A stretch of 63,833 nucleotides of DNA, the filler included, from Octopus bimaculoides (lineage: Eukaryota): NCBI RefSeq assembly GCF_001194135.2. It is 4 parts of 4 records of this genome, joined end to end, with 100 filler letters (N's around TTAATTAATTAA, not from the genome) between each part and the next. Parts side by side here need not be neighbours in the genome. Positions count along the whole stretch, not along the records: positions 31,950 to 52,061 come from NC_069007.1; positions 52,162 to 61,840 come from NC_068991.1; positions 61,941 to 63,833 come from NW_026402059.1; 1 more part is not named here. One strand, written 5' to 3'. A program made the translations under genes and the position numbers. Shown here in pieces: positions 51,680 to 63,792 of the stretch. Numbering within the stretch: position 1 is the first letter of the stretch; each line of letters begins with the position of its first letter. Under the pieces are notes generated by a model. It was not told the origin of the DNA. It saw only the letters and a list, made by a program, of their open reading frames with translations, and did no database searches.

Positions 51680-52061
51680 CAATTAGGCGCCTTCCCAAGA
51701 TCTGTGTCTACGGTGAACTGTCTGAAGGAAAACATCCTCGTGGAGACCCCTTGAGGTGGTACAAGGACCAACTCAAATCAACCTTGAAAAGCACCAACAT
51801 CGACCCTGCGCACTGGGAGGATATCTTGGCAAACCGACCCCTCTGGAGACACACCATCAAAACGGGTTCAGCGGACTTCGAGAAAGCCCGAGTCGCAAGA
51901 GCTGAACTCAAGAGACGGAAAAGAAAGCAGCGCCTTCTCCTTTCCAAACCAGCTCCTTCTATCCCTTGTCCACAATGTCCCCATATGTTTCATGAAACCC
52001 TTGGATTGCGGAGCCATCTGCGGTTCAAACACCCAGGAAAATGAACTGGATTGCAAGCTCG
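51680..52061 (+). mobile_element. RTE (BovB/RTE-X-like) LINE 3' end with a C2H2-like finger
   Basis: RLPKICVYGEL..RWYKDQLKSTLK...CPQCPHMFHETLGLRSHLRFKH*. Confidence 0.85.
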
Positions 52062-52161
52062 NNNNNNNNNNNNNNNNNNNNNNNNNNNNNNNNNNNNNNN
52101 NNNNNTTAATTAATTAANNNNNNNNNNNNNNNNNNNNNNNNNNNNNNNNNNNNNNNNNNNN

Positions 52162-52420
52162 GTTTCGTAGTTCACAGAATCATTTGGGGGACATAACTTT
52201 CGCAAGCAGGAGGAGGTTGAAACTGACATTTCAGAGTTCTTCGCTTTGAAATCAAAAGAGTTTTACATTGATGGGATTAAAAAGCTTGTAAATAGATGGA
52301 ACGAAGTCATAGATAATCAAGGAAAGTACATTGCTGATTAAATTTCAATTAGATATAACATATGATCACTTGTTTTCTTTATTCAAAATTTGGACAGGAC
52401 TTATGGGATGACCTGATACA
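52162..52420 (+). mobile_element. Mariner 3' end with TIR
   Basis: EEVETDISEFFALKSKEFYIDGIKKLVNRWNEVIDNQGKY*; ACAGGACTTATGGGATGACCTGATA terminus. Confidence 0.8.
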
Positions 52421-52429
52421 TGAAATACA

Positions 52430-52800
52430 AAAAAATGTATGTATGTTTACATAGAAAAACGTCTGACTTACACAGAATAGAAATATCAAGAATTAAAGGG
52501 ATTAAAGAAAAGTATTACAAATCCAGCAGCTGTTTCAGGGGGTTTGGTGATCCAAAATAATGTTTGTAGATTGATTCCATTGTTGGATGAAATGAGTCTC
52601 TATCTTTAGAGAACAGATCTTACATTTGAGGTGTCAACAGAAGGAAGTTCAAAGATGAAGACAGGGTATGAACAACAAGCAGGCATATTAGTTTTGCGCT
52701 CAGAAAAGTGAGAAAGTCTTTTACATTTCATGCCTACGCTCTTCAACAGAAAGGAATAAGAGAAAATAAACAGAGGGAGAATAAAAAATACATGTGGATT
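52430..52800 (-). mobile_element. Penelope-like terminal repeat with a hammerhead-like motif
   Basis: Shares CCTTTCTGTTGAAGAGCGTAGGC..GAAA.GT.AAAGACTTTCTC with 15201-15316 and with the segment beside the GIY-YIG fragment. Confidence 0.55.
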
Positions 52801-52802
52801 TG

Positions 52803-52835
<33 letters not shown>

Positions 52836-53355
52836 CTGTGTCCATGCAGGAGCACTGACTTTAATCAAACAAATCAATACCAGGATTTATTCTTTGTAAG
52901 CCTAGTACTTATTCTATTGGTCTCTTGAGCCAAACTGCTAAGTTACGGGGAAGTAATCATACCAACATCAGTTGTCATGCAATGGTGAGAAGACAAACAC
53001 AGACACACATATATGTATATAAATATATATCGTCGCAAGGTATGGAAGGTTGTTGAAGGACCGGGGAGATTATGTCCGGGTGGAGAATTATACCAGATAT
53101 AGTACTATACAGAATACCGAAACGATCTTCACCTCTTACATCACACATTTCCTCTTACTTCAACGTCGAGATAATTTCCTGGGAGACAGATAATTTTGCG
53201 GCTGAGGATAGCTTTACATTGTAGATTATACACATGTTATATTATGTTATATTATATTATATTATTATATTGTATTATACACATGTAGAGCTTGAAACAC
53301 GTGTACCGCGGAATCCTTTGTAGTTTTGTTGTTATTTTTTTGTTTTGGATTTACA

Positions 53356-53424
<69 letters not shown>

Positions 53425-53563
53425 ACAGGCTTCTCTCAGTTTCCATCTACCAAATTCAATCAGAAGGCTTTGGTCAGCCCAAGATTATAATAGAATACAC
53501 TTGCCCAAGGTGCCATGCAATGGGACTGAGTCTGGAACTATGTGGTTGGGAAGCAAGCTTCTT
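53425..53563 (-). mobile_element. SINE family A body; its 5' head lies at 55045-55085, separated by the ORF1 element
   Basis: Head GTCCAGGTGTGGCAGTGTGGTAAGAAGCTTG joins this body once the insert and one TSD are removed. Confidence 0.8.
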
Positions 53564-55044
53564 TATTTCATAACATTTGCCACATGGGCAGTATACAGAG
53601 GGGACACTACAACACATGTGGGGACATATAACAATTAAAAATATAAAAATAAATTATGATATAATGAATGATACATGAAAATGCACGTGAATAATAAATT
53701 AAAGATATGGTAACATGAATGATATCTGAAAATGGAAATATGAAGAGTGTGCTACTCACCCCACACTGAGTAACACCACTCACTGCCTCTAGGTCCTAAT
53801 TCCTCTTTAGTCTCTAGTCTAGTCCTTCTGTTTCCGTTCTCACTATCGCTCAATGACAACACTCTCTTGTAACCTTTTTCACCGGTGGAGGAGTCTTTTA
53901 AATTCTGTAGTGTCTGATCTTTTTTCTTTTACTTTTTTTCCTGTGAGGAAAGGGGGTGGGTGGGTCTGGTGTCTGTATAGGGTAGGTGGGTCTGAGTGGG
54001 CTTGGGTGAGATGGAGTTGGATTGGAGTACCACATCACACTCGGTGTTCTTTCTTTTCTTCCTCTTCTTCCTTCTACTCTCTGTTACTGCCCATTCTTCC
54101 TCCTTTCCTCCATCTTTCTTTTCTTCCTCTCTTTTCTCCTCCGTCTCCACAACTGGTTCGTCTGTTGTTTCATCTATTCCTTTCTTCTGTAGAGGGCAGT
54201 GTGCTCTAATGTGGCCTTTTGGCCACCTTTAAAACAACATGGGACTCTGCCCTCCACCCACATTCTTAACACAATTTCTCCCAAAGTCACCGTCTCCGCC
54301 AAACTTTCTAACTGCTTCTCATCCACCTGCAGGATGAGATCCAGTGATTTCCCTCTCCATCGTCTTTCTTCCGTTTCTGTGGCTTGGAGGACAGCCACCT
54401 CCTCCTCACTTCCAACGAGGACGGCTGCCGCGACCCAAGCCACTTCTATATCAGGTGGGATTGCTTCTACCCTTACCTTGGAAGTCATTCTTCCAAGATA
54501 TGTAGGGAGAAGCACCACCTCTTCCGTCCTTGCCACCACACTCGCCAGCCTCCTCACCTCCTCCACTGCCCTAAACTGGATGATCACTGTCCCATATTTA
54601 CATCCCTTGGTTATGTACATTATTTGGTTCGACTGTTTCCTCAGCGCTTTTTCTATTATTTCCGCTTCCACCTGTTCAGCTTTTTTGTTTTTCAGCGAGT
54701 GCACCCTATAGGTGATAGTTTTCCTCTCCATTTGCTCCATGATTTTTTTAGGGGGCGACAACTTCGTGTCGCCACCCACCTGCGTCATTTTTCCATATTC
54801 CTTTAGTTTAGCCAGGTCTACATCCTTTTTCTTTACTTCCGCTGCCACAGAAAAACTTTTTGTTTTCTTTAACATTCTGTCCATTCTTATCACCGCCTGC
54901 ACCAGCTCCTCCTCCGCTGAAGAAAATTCAGGGCTTCTAACGTCTGAATATTTTCCCACTGGACCGCTGCCAAGCAGCACAAAAAATCCTGTCCGACTCT
55001 CAGAAAGACAAACCAGCAAGTGAATCAATGCATGCGCTGTAACC
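53564..55044 (-). mobile_element. Non-LTR retroelement carrying only a gag/ORF1-like gene, with 15-bp TSD, inserted in a SINE
   Basis: TSD GGAA(G/A)CAAGCTTCTT at 53549-53563 and 55045-55059. Frame open from 55044 to 54174. CCHC knuckle CFK[G]GQKGHIRAHCP restored by a 1-nt frameshift near 54215. AT-rich 3' UTR ending in AATAAA that overlaps the TSD. No APE/RT sequence inside. Confidence 0.8.
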
Positions 55045-55092
55045 GGAAACAAGCTTCTTACCACACTGCCACACCTGGACCTACATTTATGT

Positions 55093-55123
<31 letters not shown>

Positions 55124-55288
55124 CATGTGTGTGTGTGAACGTACACACAGGTATGTATGTATACAACCTATGCCAATTTGAAAAATGGAGATTAAAGGAT
55201 GATGAAGATATGTATGTGTGTGTGTATGTGCGTGTGTGTGTGTATATATATATATATATATGTGTATATATGTATTTATGTATGCATG

Positions 55289-55343
<55 letters not shown>

Positions 55344-55797
55344 NNNNNNNNNNNNNNNNNNNNNNNNNNNNNNNNNNNNNNNNNNNNNNNNNNNNNNNNN
55401 NNNNNNNNNNNNNNNNNNNNNNNNNNNNNNNNNNNNNNNNNNNNNNNNNNNNNNNNNNNNNNNNNNNNNNNNNNNNNNNNNNNNNNNNNNNNNNNNNNNN
55501 NNNNNNNNNNNNNNNNNNNNNNNNNNNNNNNNNNNNNNNNNNNNNNNNNNNNNNNNNNNNNNNNNNNNNNNNNNNNNNNNNNNNNNNNNNNNNNNNNNNN
55601 NNNNNNNNNNNNNNNNNNNNNNNNNNNNNNNNNNNNNNNNNNNNNNNNNNNNNNNNNNNNNNNNNNNNNNNNNNNNNNNNNNNNNNNNNNNNNNNNNNNN
55701 NNNNNNNNNNNNNNNNNNNNNNNNNNNNNNNNNNNNNNNNNNNNNNNNNNNNNNNNNNNNNNNNNNNNNNNNNNNNNNNNNNNNNNNNNNNNNNNNN

Positions 55798-56030
55798 TAT
55801 ATATATATATATATGTATGTGTGTTTGTGTGTCTGTGTTTGTCCCCCCACCATCGCTTGACAACCGATGCTAGTGTGTTTACGTCCCCGTAACTTAGCGG
55901 TTCGGCAAAAAGAGACCGATAGAATAAGTACTAGGCTTACAAAGAATAAGTCCTGGGGTCGATTTTCTCGACTAAAGGTGGTGCTCCAGCATGGCCGCAG
56001 TCAAATGACTGAAACAAGTAAAGAGAGAGT
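55798..56030 (+). mobile_element. SINE family A, 3' half, well preserved
   Basis: Matches the consensus with CpGs retained. Confidence 0.85.
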
Positions 56031-56078
56031 AATATATATACATATATATATATATTTATATATACATGCACACACATA

Positions 56079-56490
56079 TATCATCATCATCATCGTTTAA
56101 CGACCATTTTCCATGCTGGCAGTTTGACTGAGGCCTGGAGAGCTGGCAGCTGCCCCAGGCTCCAATCTGATTTGGCAATGTTTCTACAGCTGGATGCCCT
56201 TCCTAACGCCAACCACTCCAAGAGTGTAGTAGGTGCTTTTTACGTGCCACCAGGACAAGAGCCAGTCAGGTGGGCCTGGCAGCGATCACATTCAGAGAGT
56301 GCTTTTTACGTGCCAATGGCACGGTGGGCCAATCGGGGGATACTGACGTCGGCTATGTTTGGATGGTGCTTTTTATGCGCCACTGACACGGATCCAGTTA
56401 GTGGGTACTGGTATTGGCCATGTTCAGATGGTGCTTTTTACATACCACCAGCATGGGAGCCAGTCGGGGGTATTGGCAGCGATCACATTC
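56079..56490 (-). mobile_element. RTE-type 3' end with tandem GGTGCTTTTTACGTGCC repeats
   Basis: Family D terminus plus about 4 degenerate internal repeats. Confidence 0.7.
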
Positions 56491-56496
56491 GGATAA

Positions 56497-56790
56497 TCTA
56501 TATATATATAAAATTGAGAATGTATGTCTGTGTGTCTGTGTGAATTCCTAAAACTCCAGAACTACACAACCGATTTCATTCAAATTTTACACATATTTTA
56601 CTTACGGTTGTGTTTTAGTAAAAAAAATGTTTAACTACTTGCATAGTTCGAGCCCATAGCAACATAATATCTCCTCCACTATTTAAGTATTACATGTCAA
56701 AAGTGAAGCAAAAACACTCATGTCAAATACCTTCACTTTAATGGTTTCATTTTCATACTGAATCTACTACAGTGAAACTATACTCTCACA
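56497..56790 (+). mobile_element. Helitron-type element, 5' part
   Basis: Homologous to 14885-15200. Confidence 0.65.
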
Positions 56791-56877
56791 TATATACAGG
56801 CATACATACATATATACATACATACATGCATATATATATATATCTGCACAAACGTATCCAAAAACATGTATATATAT

Positions 56878-57372
56878 ATATATCAACTTTAAATAGAGCT
56901 CAAAGTTGATCCGTTGAAAATACTTTATTGCAACAACAGTAACAATAATAACAATAATTATCACAAATAAATAGACCTATGTACATTTCGATAGAACATC
57001 CAGAATGATTACCGTTTGCTCGTTCATTGCACATTTGGGATGGAAAGTTGTGTGCCATCTATTACTTTTTCATCCTGTTTTGTATATTTTCATGGGTCGA
57101 CTTTGAAAATTAGATTTGAATGGTTTCTGTTTTTTTGGGATGTGTATTGCTAATAATAGTGACGGTGATGATAGCAATAATAATGGGACCCTGAGGAGAT
57201 GGAGTATCCTATATTTTATAATATTTTATGATATGTATTAATCATTCTGGATGTTCTATCGAAATATACATAGGTCTATTTATTTGTGATTATTATTGTT
57301 ATTATTGTTATTGTTGTTGCAATAAAGTATTTTCAACGTATCAATTTTGAGCTCTATTTAGAGTTGATATAT
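56878..57372. mobile_element. Fold-back element or MITE with TIRs of about 130 bp
   Basis: 56880-57011 is the reverse complement of 57239-57372 with few mismatches; spacer of about 230 bp. Confidence 0.85.
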
Positions 57373-57796
57373 ATTCAAAGACTCAACTGTGAGTTTTCTA
57401 CTAAGATTGTTAACAGATGCTATATTTTTTACCAAATTTTTTGGTTAAAAAAATATATATTNNNNNNNNNNNNNNNNNNNNNNNNNNNNNNNNNNNNNNN
57501 NNNNNNNNNNNNNNNNNNNNNNNNNNNNNNNNNNNNNNNNNNNNNNNNNNNNNNNNNNNNNNNNNNNNNNNNNNNNNNNNNNNNNNNNNNNNNNNNNNNN
57601 NNNNNNNNNNNNNNNNNNNNNNNNNNNNNNNNNNNNNNNNNNNNNNNNNNNNNNNNNNNNNNNNNNNNNNNNNNNNNNNNNNNNNNNNNNNNNNNNNNNN
57701 NNNNNNNNNNNNNNNNNNNNNNNNNNNNNNNNNNNNNNNNNNNNNNNNNNNNNNNNNNNNNNNNNNNNNNNNNNNNNNNNNNNNNNNNNNNNNNNN

Positions 57797-57851
<55 letters not shown>

Positions 57852-58658
57852 TGTATATGTATACATGTATATGTACACGTATATGTATAGATATATATAT
57901 ATAGATATAGATCTATATGCATACATGTATATGTATACATATGTGTAGATGTATATATATTGATGTACATCTAATATGTACACATATATAAACATATATA
58001 CATGCATACAGATATCTGTACGTATATACACCCACCCCGACATACACATACACATGCACACAAACACACACATTATTCATTTGTTTTTTATCCAAAAGTA
58101 CTGAATGGATCTTTATGAAATTTGGAAATTATATTCTATGCATAACGGCCATAACCCCCATGAAAATTCATATATTTTTGATGTTGATGAAATTTTAACC
58201 ATACATATTACACACAAATAAAGTAATATTTCTAAAATTTCTTCTTCTTAGAAGTTACAAAGACCCCTTCATGGGGTTTTCACACCCACAATTTAGTCAT
58301 TTTTCCTAAGCAAAGACGAATACAGTTGTACTATTGGAACCTATAGGGTCACCCGAACATAACAGATGAGCATTATTTGTAATTCAATGGTACAACAGTG
58401 TAAGACTATCCTTTCAGATATACTTACATTGTGATTTCTGCTATGTGGTGCATAAATTGTGCAATTCAAACAATACATATTAGACCCAAGTTAAAAACAT
58501 TCCCAACAATTCAACTTCTCTGGTTGACATTAACACGCCCACCCCCAATTGGGGCCTTAACTTCCACATTTTTCAGCTCCAACAGCTCCATTTTTCAGGA
58601 GCAAAATCCTTTTTACAGGGTCCATAACACTAGAATTTTTCGAATATGCGCATAAATA

Positions 58659-59428
58659 TCACATATATAAAGATGAGAATGTGTGTCTGTGTGAATCCCT
58701 AAAACTCAAGAACTACACAACTAATTTCATTCCAAATTAACACATGCTTTACTTAGGGTCCATGTAGTGTCTTAGGCCAAAGCAATTTTTAACTTCTTGC
58801 ATTGTTTGAGCCCACAGCAAATCATATCTCCTCCACTATTTCACTATTGCGTATCAAAAGTGAAACAATAACATCACTCTACTGTAATGTCAGATACTTC
58901 CACTTTAACACTGAAACTATTCCACTATTTCAGTATTACATGTCAACAGTGAAACAATAACATGTCACTACTGTAATTTCAAATACTTTCACTTTAATAC
59001 TTTCAATTTCATACTGAAACTATTAAAGTGAAACTATACTCTCAAATATATACAGGCATACTATAAGACTCAAGTTAAAAACATTTCCAACAATTCAACT
59101 TCTCTGGTTGACATTAACACCCCCACCCCCAATAGGGGCCTTCATTCCCACAATTTAGAGCTCCATGAGCTCCATTTTTCAGGAGCAAAATCCTTTTTAC
59201 AGGTTCCAGAAGACTGAAATTTTGGAATGTGCGCATAAAGATCAATAGTATGGGATACATGTCTCATGATTAGAATTTTTTTAGGTTGTGTAAAGAGGGA
59301 AAGAACCCTCATGTGCAATTTTGATGAAATTCGAATCATATGTATTCCAGTTCCTTACAGAAAATATAAAAGAAAAGTCTCATCCTTCAATTGCATGTAA
59401 CACGGTCAACGACGGGTATCTCTGCTAG
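58659..59428 (+). mobile_element. Complete non-autonomous Helitron-type element
   Basis: Starts TC after A and ends CTAG before T; decayed subterminal GC hairpin; internal segment shared with 58475-58655 and 16165-16320. Confidence 0.7.
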
Positions 59429-59453
59429 TATACATATATACACATATACTTAT

Positions 59454-59493
<40 letters not shown>

Positions 59494-59517
59494 GTATATT
59501 TATATATATATACATAC

Positions 59518-59556
<39 letters not shown>

Positions 59557-59626
59557 TATACATATTTACTTACATATAAATATATCCATATATATNNNNN
59601 NNNNNNNNNNNNNNNNNNNNNNNNNN

Positions 59627-60407
59627 TTAAGAGTATGAAGACAGGGAAGGTCCCCGGCCCATCAGGAATCACTGCAGAGATGCTCAAAATATCTGGCAGT
59701 GTCAGCTATAGCCTAGTCACCCGTATTGTTAACCAGGTGATACACGAAGGAGTCATACCCATAGTCAACTGCTACAAAGGTAAAGGTGATGCTTTAGATA
59801 CAAATAATTACAGACGTATCAAGTTGTTAGATCAGGTAATGAAAGTCACGGAGAGGGTCATAGCCCAACTACTCAAGGAGCGGGTCAGTTTAGATGAGAT
59901 GCACTACTGATGTCATTTTTCTGGTAAGACAGCTGCAGGAGAAATACCTAGTCAAAGATAAACTTCTGTACCTGGCTTTCGTTGGCATGGAGAAAGCCTT
60001 TGACAGGGTCCCCCGATCCCTCATCTGGTGGTCAATGAGGAAACTAGGGATAGAAGAATGGTTAGTGAGNNNNNNNNNNTCAATGAGGAAACTAGGGATA
60101 GAAGAATGGTTAGTGAGAGCTGTGCGAGCCATGTACAGAGAGGCTGTCAGTAAGGTGAGGGTTGGCAATGAGTACAGTGAAGAACTTCAGGTAGAGATAG
60201 GTGTCCACCAAGGTTCTGTCCTCAGCCCCCTCCTATTTATCATAGTCCTCCAGGCTATAACAGAGGAATTCAAGACAGGATGGCCCTAGGAGCTCCTCTA
60301 TGCTGATGACCTTGCACTAATTGCTGAGTCACTATCAGTTGTGGAAGCAAGGACTATAATCAAAGGGCCTTAGAATCAACCTAGCTAAAACCAAAGTCCT
60401 AATAAGT
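59627..60407 (+). mobile_element. RTE-clade LINE reverse transcriptase fragment (inactive)
   Basis: KGKGDAL..NYR.IKLL; LAFV.MEKAFDRVPR; GVHQGSVLSPLLF; ELLYADDLAL; deletions and an in-frame stop. Confidence 0.92.
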
Positions 60408-60635
60408 NNNNNNNNNNNNNNNNNNNNNNNNNNNNNNNNNNNNNNNNNNNNNNNNNNNNNNNNNNNNNNNNNNNNNNNNNNNNNNNNNNNNNNNNNNNNN
60501 NNNNNNNTGTGTGTATTTAAAGTTAGTAGAGTTAGAGGTTGGAATAACCATCTAAGGGATAAAAATATCCATGCTCATAGGTTACAGGCAATGATAAAGA
60601 TAAACATGAGTTTATCAGGAATCAAATTTAAGGTG

Positions 60636-60829
60636 AACAGAAAATGGAAAAATATTGATCAACAACGATTGGCTAACATCAATTATTACTTTTTAATACA
60701 AATAGACTGTATCCCATCTAACATCTAAAGCAGAAACAGCTGTTAGATGGGATACAGTCTATTTGTATTAAAAGGTAATAATTGCTGTTAGTCAATTGTT
60801 GTTGATTAATATTTCTCCATTTTCTGTTT
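60636..60829. repeat. Long hairpin (arms of about 85 bp, perfect inner 29 bp, 17-nt loop)
   Basis: AATACAAATAGACTGTATCCCATCTAACA pairs with TGTTAGATGGGATACAGTCTATTTGTATT; imperfect pairing extends to AACAGAAAATGGA/TCCATTTTCTGTT. Confidence 0.9.
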
Positions 60830-60840
60830 ACTTTATATAT

Positions 60841-61538
60841 CAGTGGCGACTCCAGCACTCAGACTGTTTGGGCTTAATGCGAGTATAAATTTAGTAAAAT
60901 GAATGTGTATTTGCAAGCTGATTTAATTTCTGCCAACACTGACTTCAAGTATGTAATTTCAGCCAATAACTCAGGCTCCTTTTATTGAGGTGCCCTGTGT
61001 CAAAAAATATTATTGGCAGCAGGCGTCTTCCTGGTGTTGTTCACACATGCCTGATTCGGACTCAGAAGTTACAGCTTGGGTTGTTATTTATAATCGCAAA
61101 AAAAGTAATTCTAATCGAATATTTTCTTGAAACAACAAATTTCTATCAAGATTAGGATTTAAATTCTAATCTATGAAAAGTTTCTGTTCTACAATATTCT
61201 TAAAGGAACAAAAAATTATCCAGCAACATGGGTTAATATAAACAAGCCTGGTAGACTAACTGGTATCTCTCGTCAGGAGTACAGGCAACAGGCAAATCAC
61301 TCATCTTTGTTGTGCACTCCGCTGTCGCTATTTGATTGCTGTTATTCAATGTATCTGTGTGTAAAGATCAGTTGTGTTTTGTAGGGTTTCTTTATTTTAA
61401 CCCTTAACTTAGAAATGGAGAAAGACATCGTGCTAAATATAAAAAATAAGCCATTTGAGGCTAGAAATATTGCAGAAGAATGTGAAATTCTTCAAATGAG
61501 CCTGATTGACACTGATGTGCTGGAGTTGCCTCTGATAT

Positions 61539-61540
<2 letters not shown>
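60841..61540 (+). mobile_element. Possible 5' end of a hAT-type transposon
   Basis: CAGTGGCG start; short frame MEKDIVLNIKNKPFEARNIAEECEILQ after a good acceptor, loosely like hAT transposase N-termini (from memory). Confidence 0.3.
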
Positions 61541-61601
<61 letters not shown>

Positions 61602-62679
61602 CAAGAATAAGGGCAGGGAATCGTCAATTAGTAATAGACTTAATAATTAACAATTTTGCCAAGTAGTTCAGTATGAAAAAACCTTTATCGGTAAAACCAT
61701 TTATCATCATAAATATACAGGGATTAGCATTGAGTTGCTTCTCCAACATACTGAAAATTTAGAAATACCAGTCAAAGAACTACTGATTCTAAACTACAAA
61801 TTTTTCTCTAAACGGATGGCGATATTTATGGCACACATAGNNNNNNNNNNNNNNNNNNNNNNNNNNNNNNNNNNNNNNNNNNNNTTAATTAATTAANNNN
61901 NNNNNNNNNNNNNNNNNNNNNNNNNNNNNNNNNNNNNNNNAGCAGAATCGACACACGAGGTGTATGAAGCAAACAACTCTTCTTTATGAATAAGTTTTTT
62001 GGTCATTTTCTGATGAACAACGCTGCAGTTTCCTTCTGTTAAATTCAGTCACAAGTCTGTGGTTGGCCTAAGGCTATAGTAGAAAACACTTGCTCAAGGT
62101 ACCATGCAGAGGGACTGAACATGGAGCCATGTGGTACAGAAGCAGTCATTCTTGCACCCTCCGCAATGGGTCTGCTACATCAGAGACAACTCTGGGTTAA
62201 ACAAAATATAGACAAACGTACTTCACATTAAAAGATTATCTACTAAATAATACAAATAAAGTTGACAGTATATCTTTGAAGTTCCATTCCCTGGTAAAAC
62301 TCCATGTATTTCAAACATTTTCTCATTGTGCTCTGAGACAGATTGTTCAGGCAAAGTTGTCTCCCTTAACTAAAATCCTCAAAATTGTGCAACCCTGACA
62401 TTTGGTTCAAATTGAAAGTAGGAAACTATTTTCACTTTCTAATGAAACCTGGTCGTTGTAGAGTAGTGTCTTCCATATAACTAGAGCTAGTTGTTAAGAT
62501 AACATAGAAAATACATAAATGAAAATAAAGTTCATTTGGTAGCTGAAAGATTACTGAATGTTTTGATACCCCATATGTCAAAATCGGCAAAACAGTTTTC
62601 GAATGCATAAGAAACATACACACACACATACACACACAAACTCTCTTTTAAATATGTGTGTGTGTGTGTGTGTGTATAC

Positions 62680-62815
62680 AACGGGTTTCTTTCAGTTTCC
62701 ATCTATCAAATCCACTTGCACAGTTTTGGTCGGCCTGAGGCTTTAGTAGAAGATACTTGCTCTAAGTACCATGCAGTGAGATTGAACCTGGCACCATGTG
62801 GTTGGAAAGCAAGAG
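62680..62815 (-). mobile_element. SINE family A, 5' half
   Basis: TTCAGTTTCCATCTA.CAAATCCAC..GTAGAAGATACTTGC motif. Confidence 0.7.
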
Positions 62816-63180
62816 TTCCAGAGCTGTGGGGGTCATGGTATCACCCCTTAACTCTCATTACTTTCAGACCTGTTGTGACCCAAAATGGTGGTGACTGTTA
62901 GGGCCCCATTTATATATAAAGCAAAGGAAGGGTCTCTACGTGGTTGCTCTGTCTGCTTGACATAACAGCTAGATCTCCCTGAAATTACACCTCAGCCTTA
63001 CTTTCTTTCGCAGATGGGAAGGTCACATTGGATTGGATGAGTCCTAAATATCCTGTTTGCAATGAAGGTGGCTGGGTGGGGTGGTGCTAGATATAGCTGT
63101 AGTGTGTGGGATCAGATCTGACCTGGGGCTAAACATCAACAATAGCAGGATTTTCACTACCACTAGTGCTGCTACTGCTG

Positions 63181-63219
<39 letters not shown>

Positions 63220-63302
63220 TTACTACTACTACTACTGAATTTTCTTTATATATTTTTATGCATTTTTCTTCTCTTTTTTTTGTTGTTCTTTTTCATTGGC
63301 AG

Positions 63303-63576
63303 CAAAAGAAAGAAGCCCACCATTGCCATCAAGCGTGAAACCACAAATACCAACGACAGTCAGGGTCTCATCCACTACAGCAACAACAAAACCCTCTGTT
63401 CCGGTGACAACAACAGTAAGAAGAAAAATAACAAAAAGGCTTTTAACGAAAGTTACAGAAGAATCAAAACCTACAGCCTCCATGTTTTCCATCACCAAGA
63501 AGCCAGAGTGCGTGAACACAGAGCAAACTAGGACATCAAAACTGAGAGGCAGCGAGAACTCTTTGGATGTGTTCCG
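63303..63576 (+). CDS. Internal exon of an unidentified plus-strand gene; Thr/Ser/Pro-rich, mucin-stalk-like peptide (AKERSPPLPSSVKPQIPTTVRVSSTT...ENSLDVFR)
   Basis: Long polypyrimidine tract ending TTGGCAG, perfect donor CG|GTAAGT; 274 nt open, phase 1->2; not a simple repeat. Confidence 0.75.
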
Positions 63577-63792
63577 GTAAGTGGTGTGTTGATTAGTTTG
63601 GAGTGTCAGACATATATGTGCTTGCACATACACAAACACACACACAAAGACAGACAGAAAGGGAGACAGACAGACACACACACAAACACAAACAGACAGG
63701 CAGGTCAATAGATAGATAGGTAGGTAGATGGATAGATAGATAGAAAGAAACATAGATAGAAAAAAAAACGTAGATAGAAAAAAATGTAGATT

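Noticed and set aside
53020-53230. CpG-rich stretch with TTGAAGG..CCGAAACGATC, a possible second hammerhead
   Set aside because: Core is incomplete and helix III/NUH pairing fails; at most another Penelope-type end.
63256-63753. 165-aa minus-strand ORF
   Set aside because: Antisense of the plus-strand exon plus flanking microsatellites; splice signals support the plus strand.
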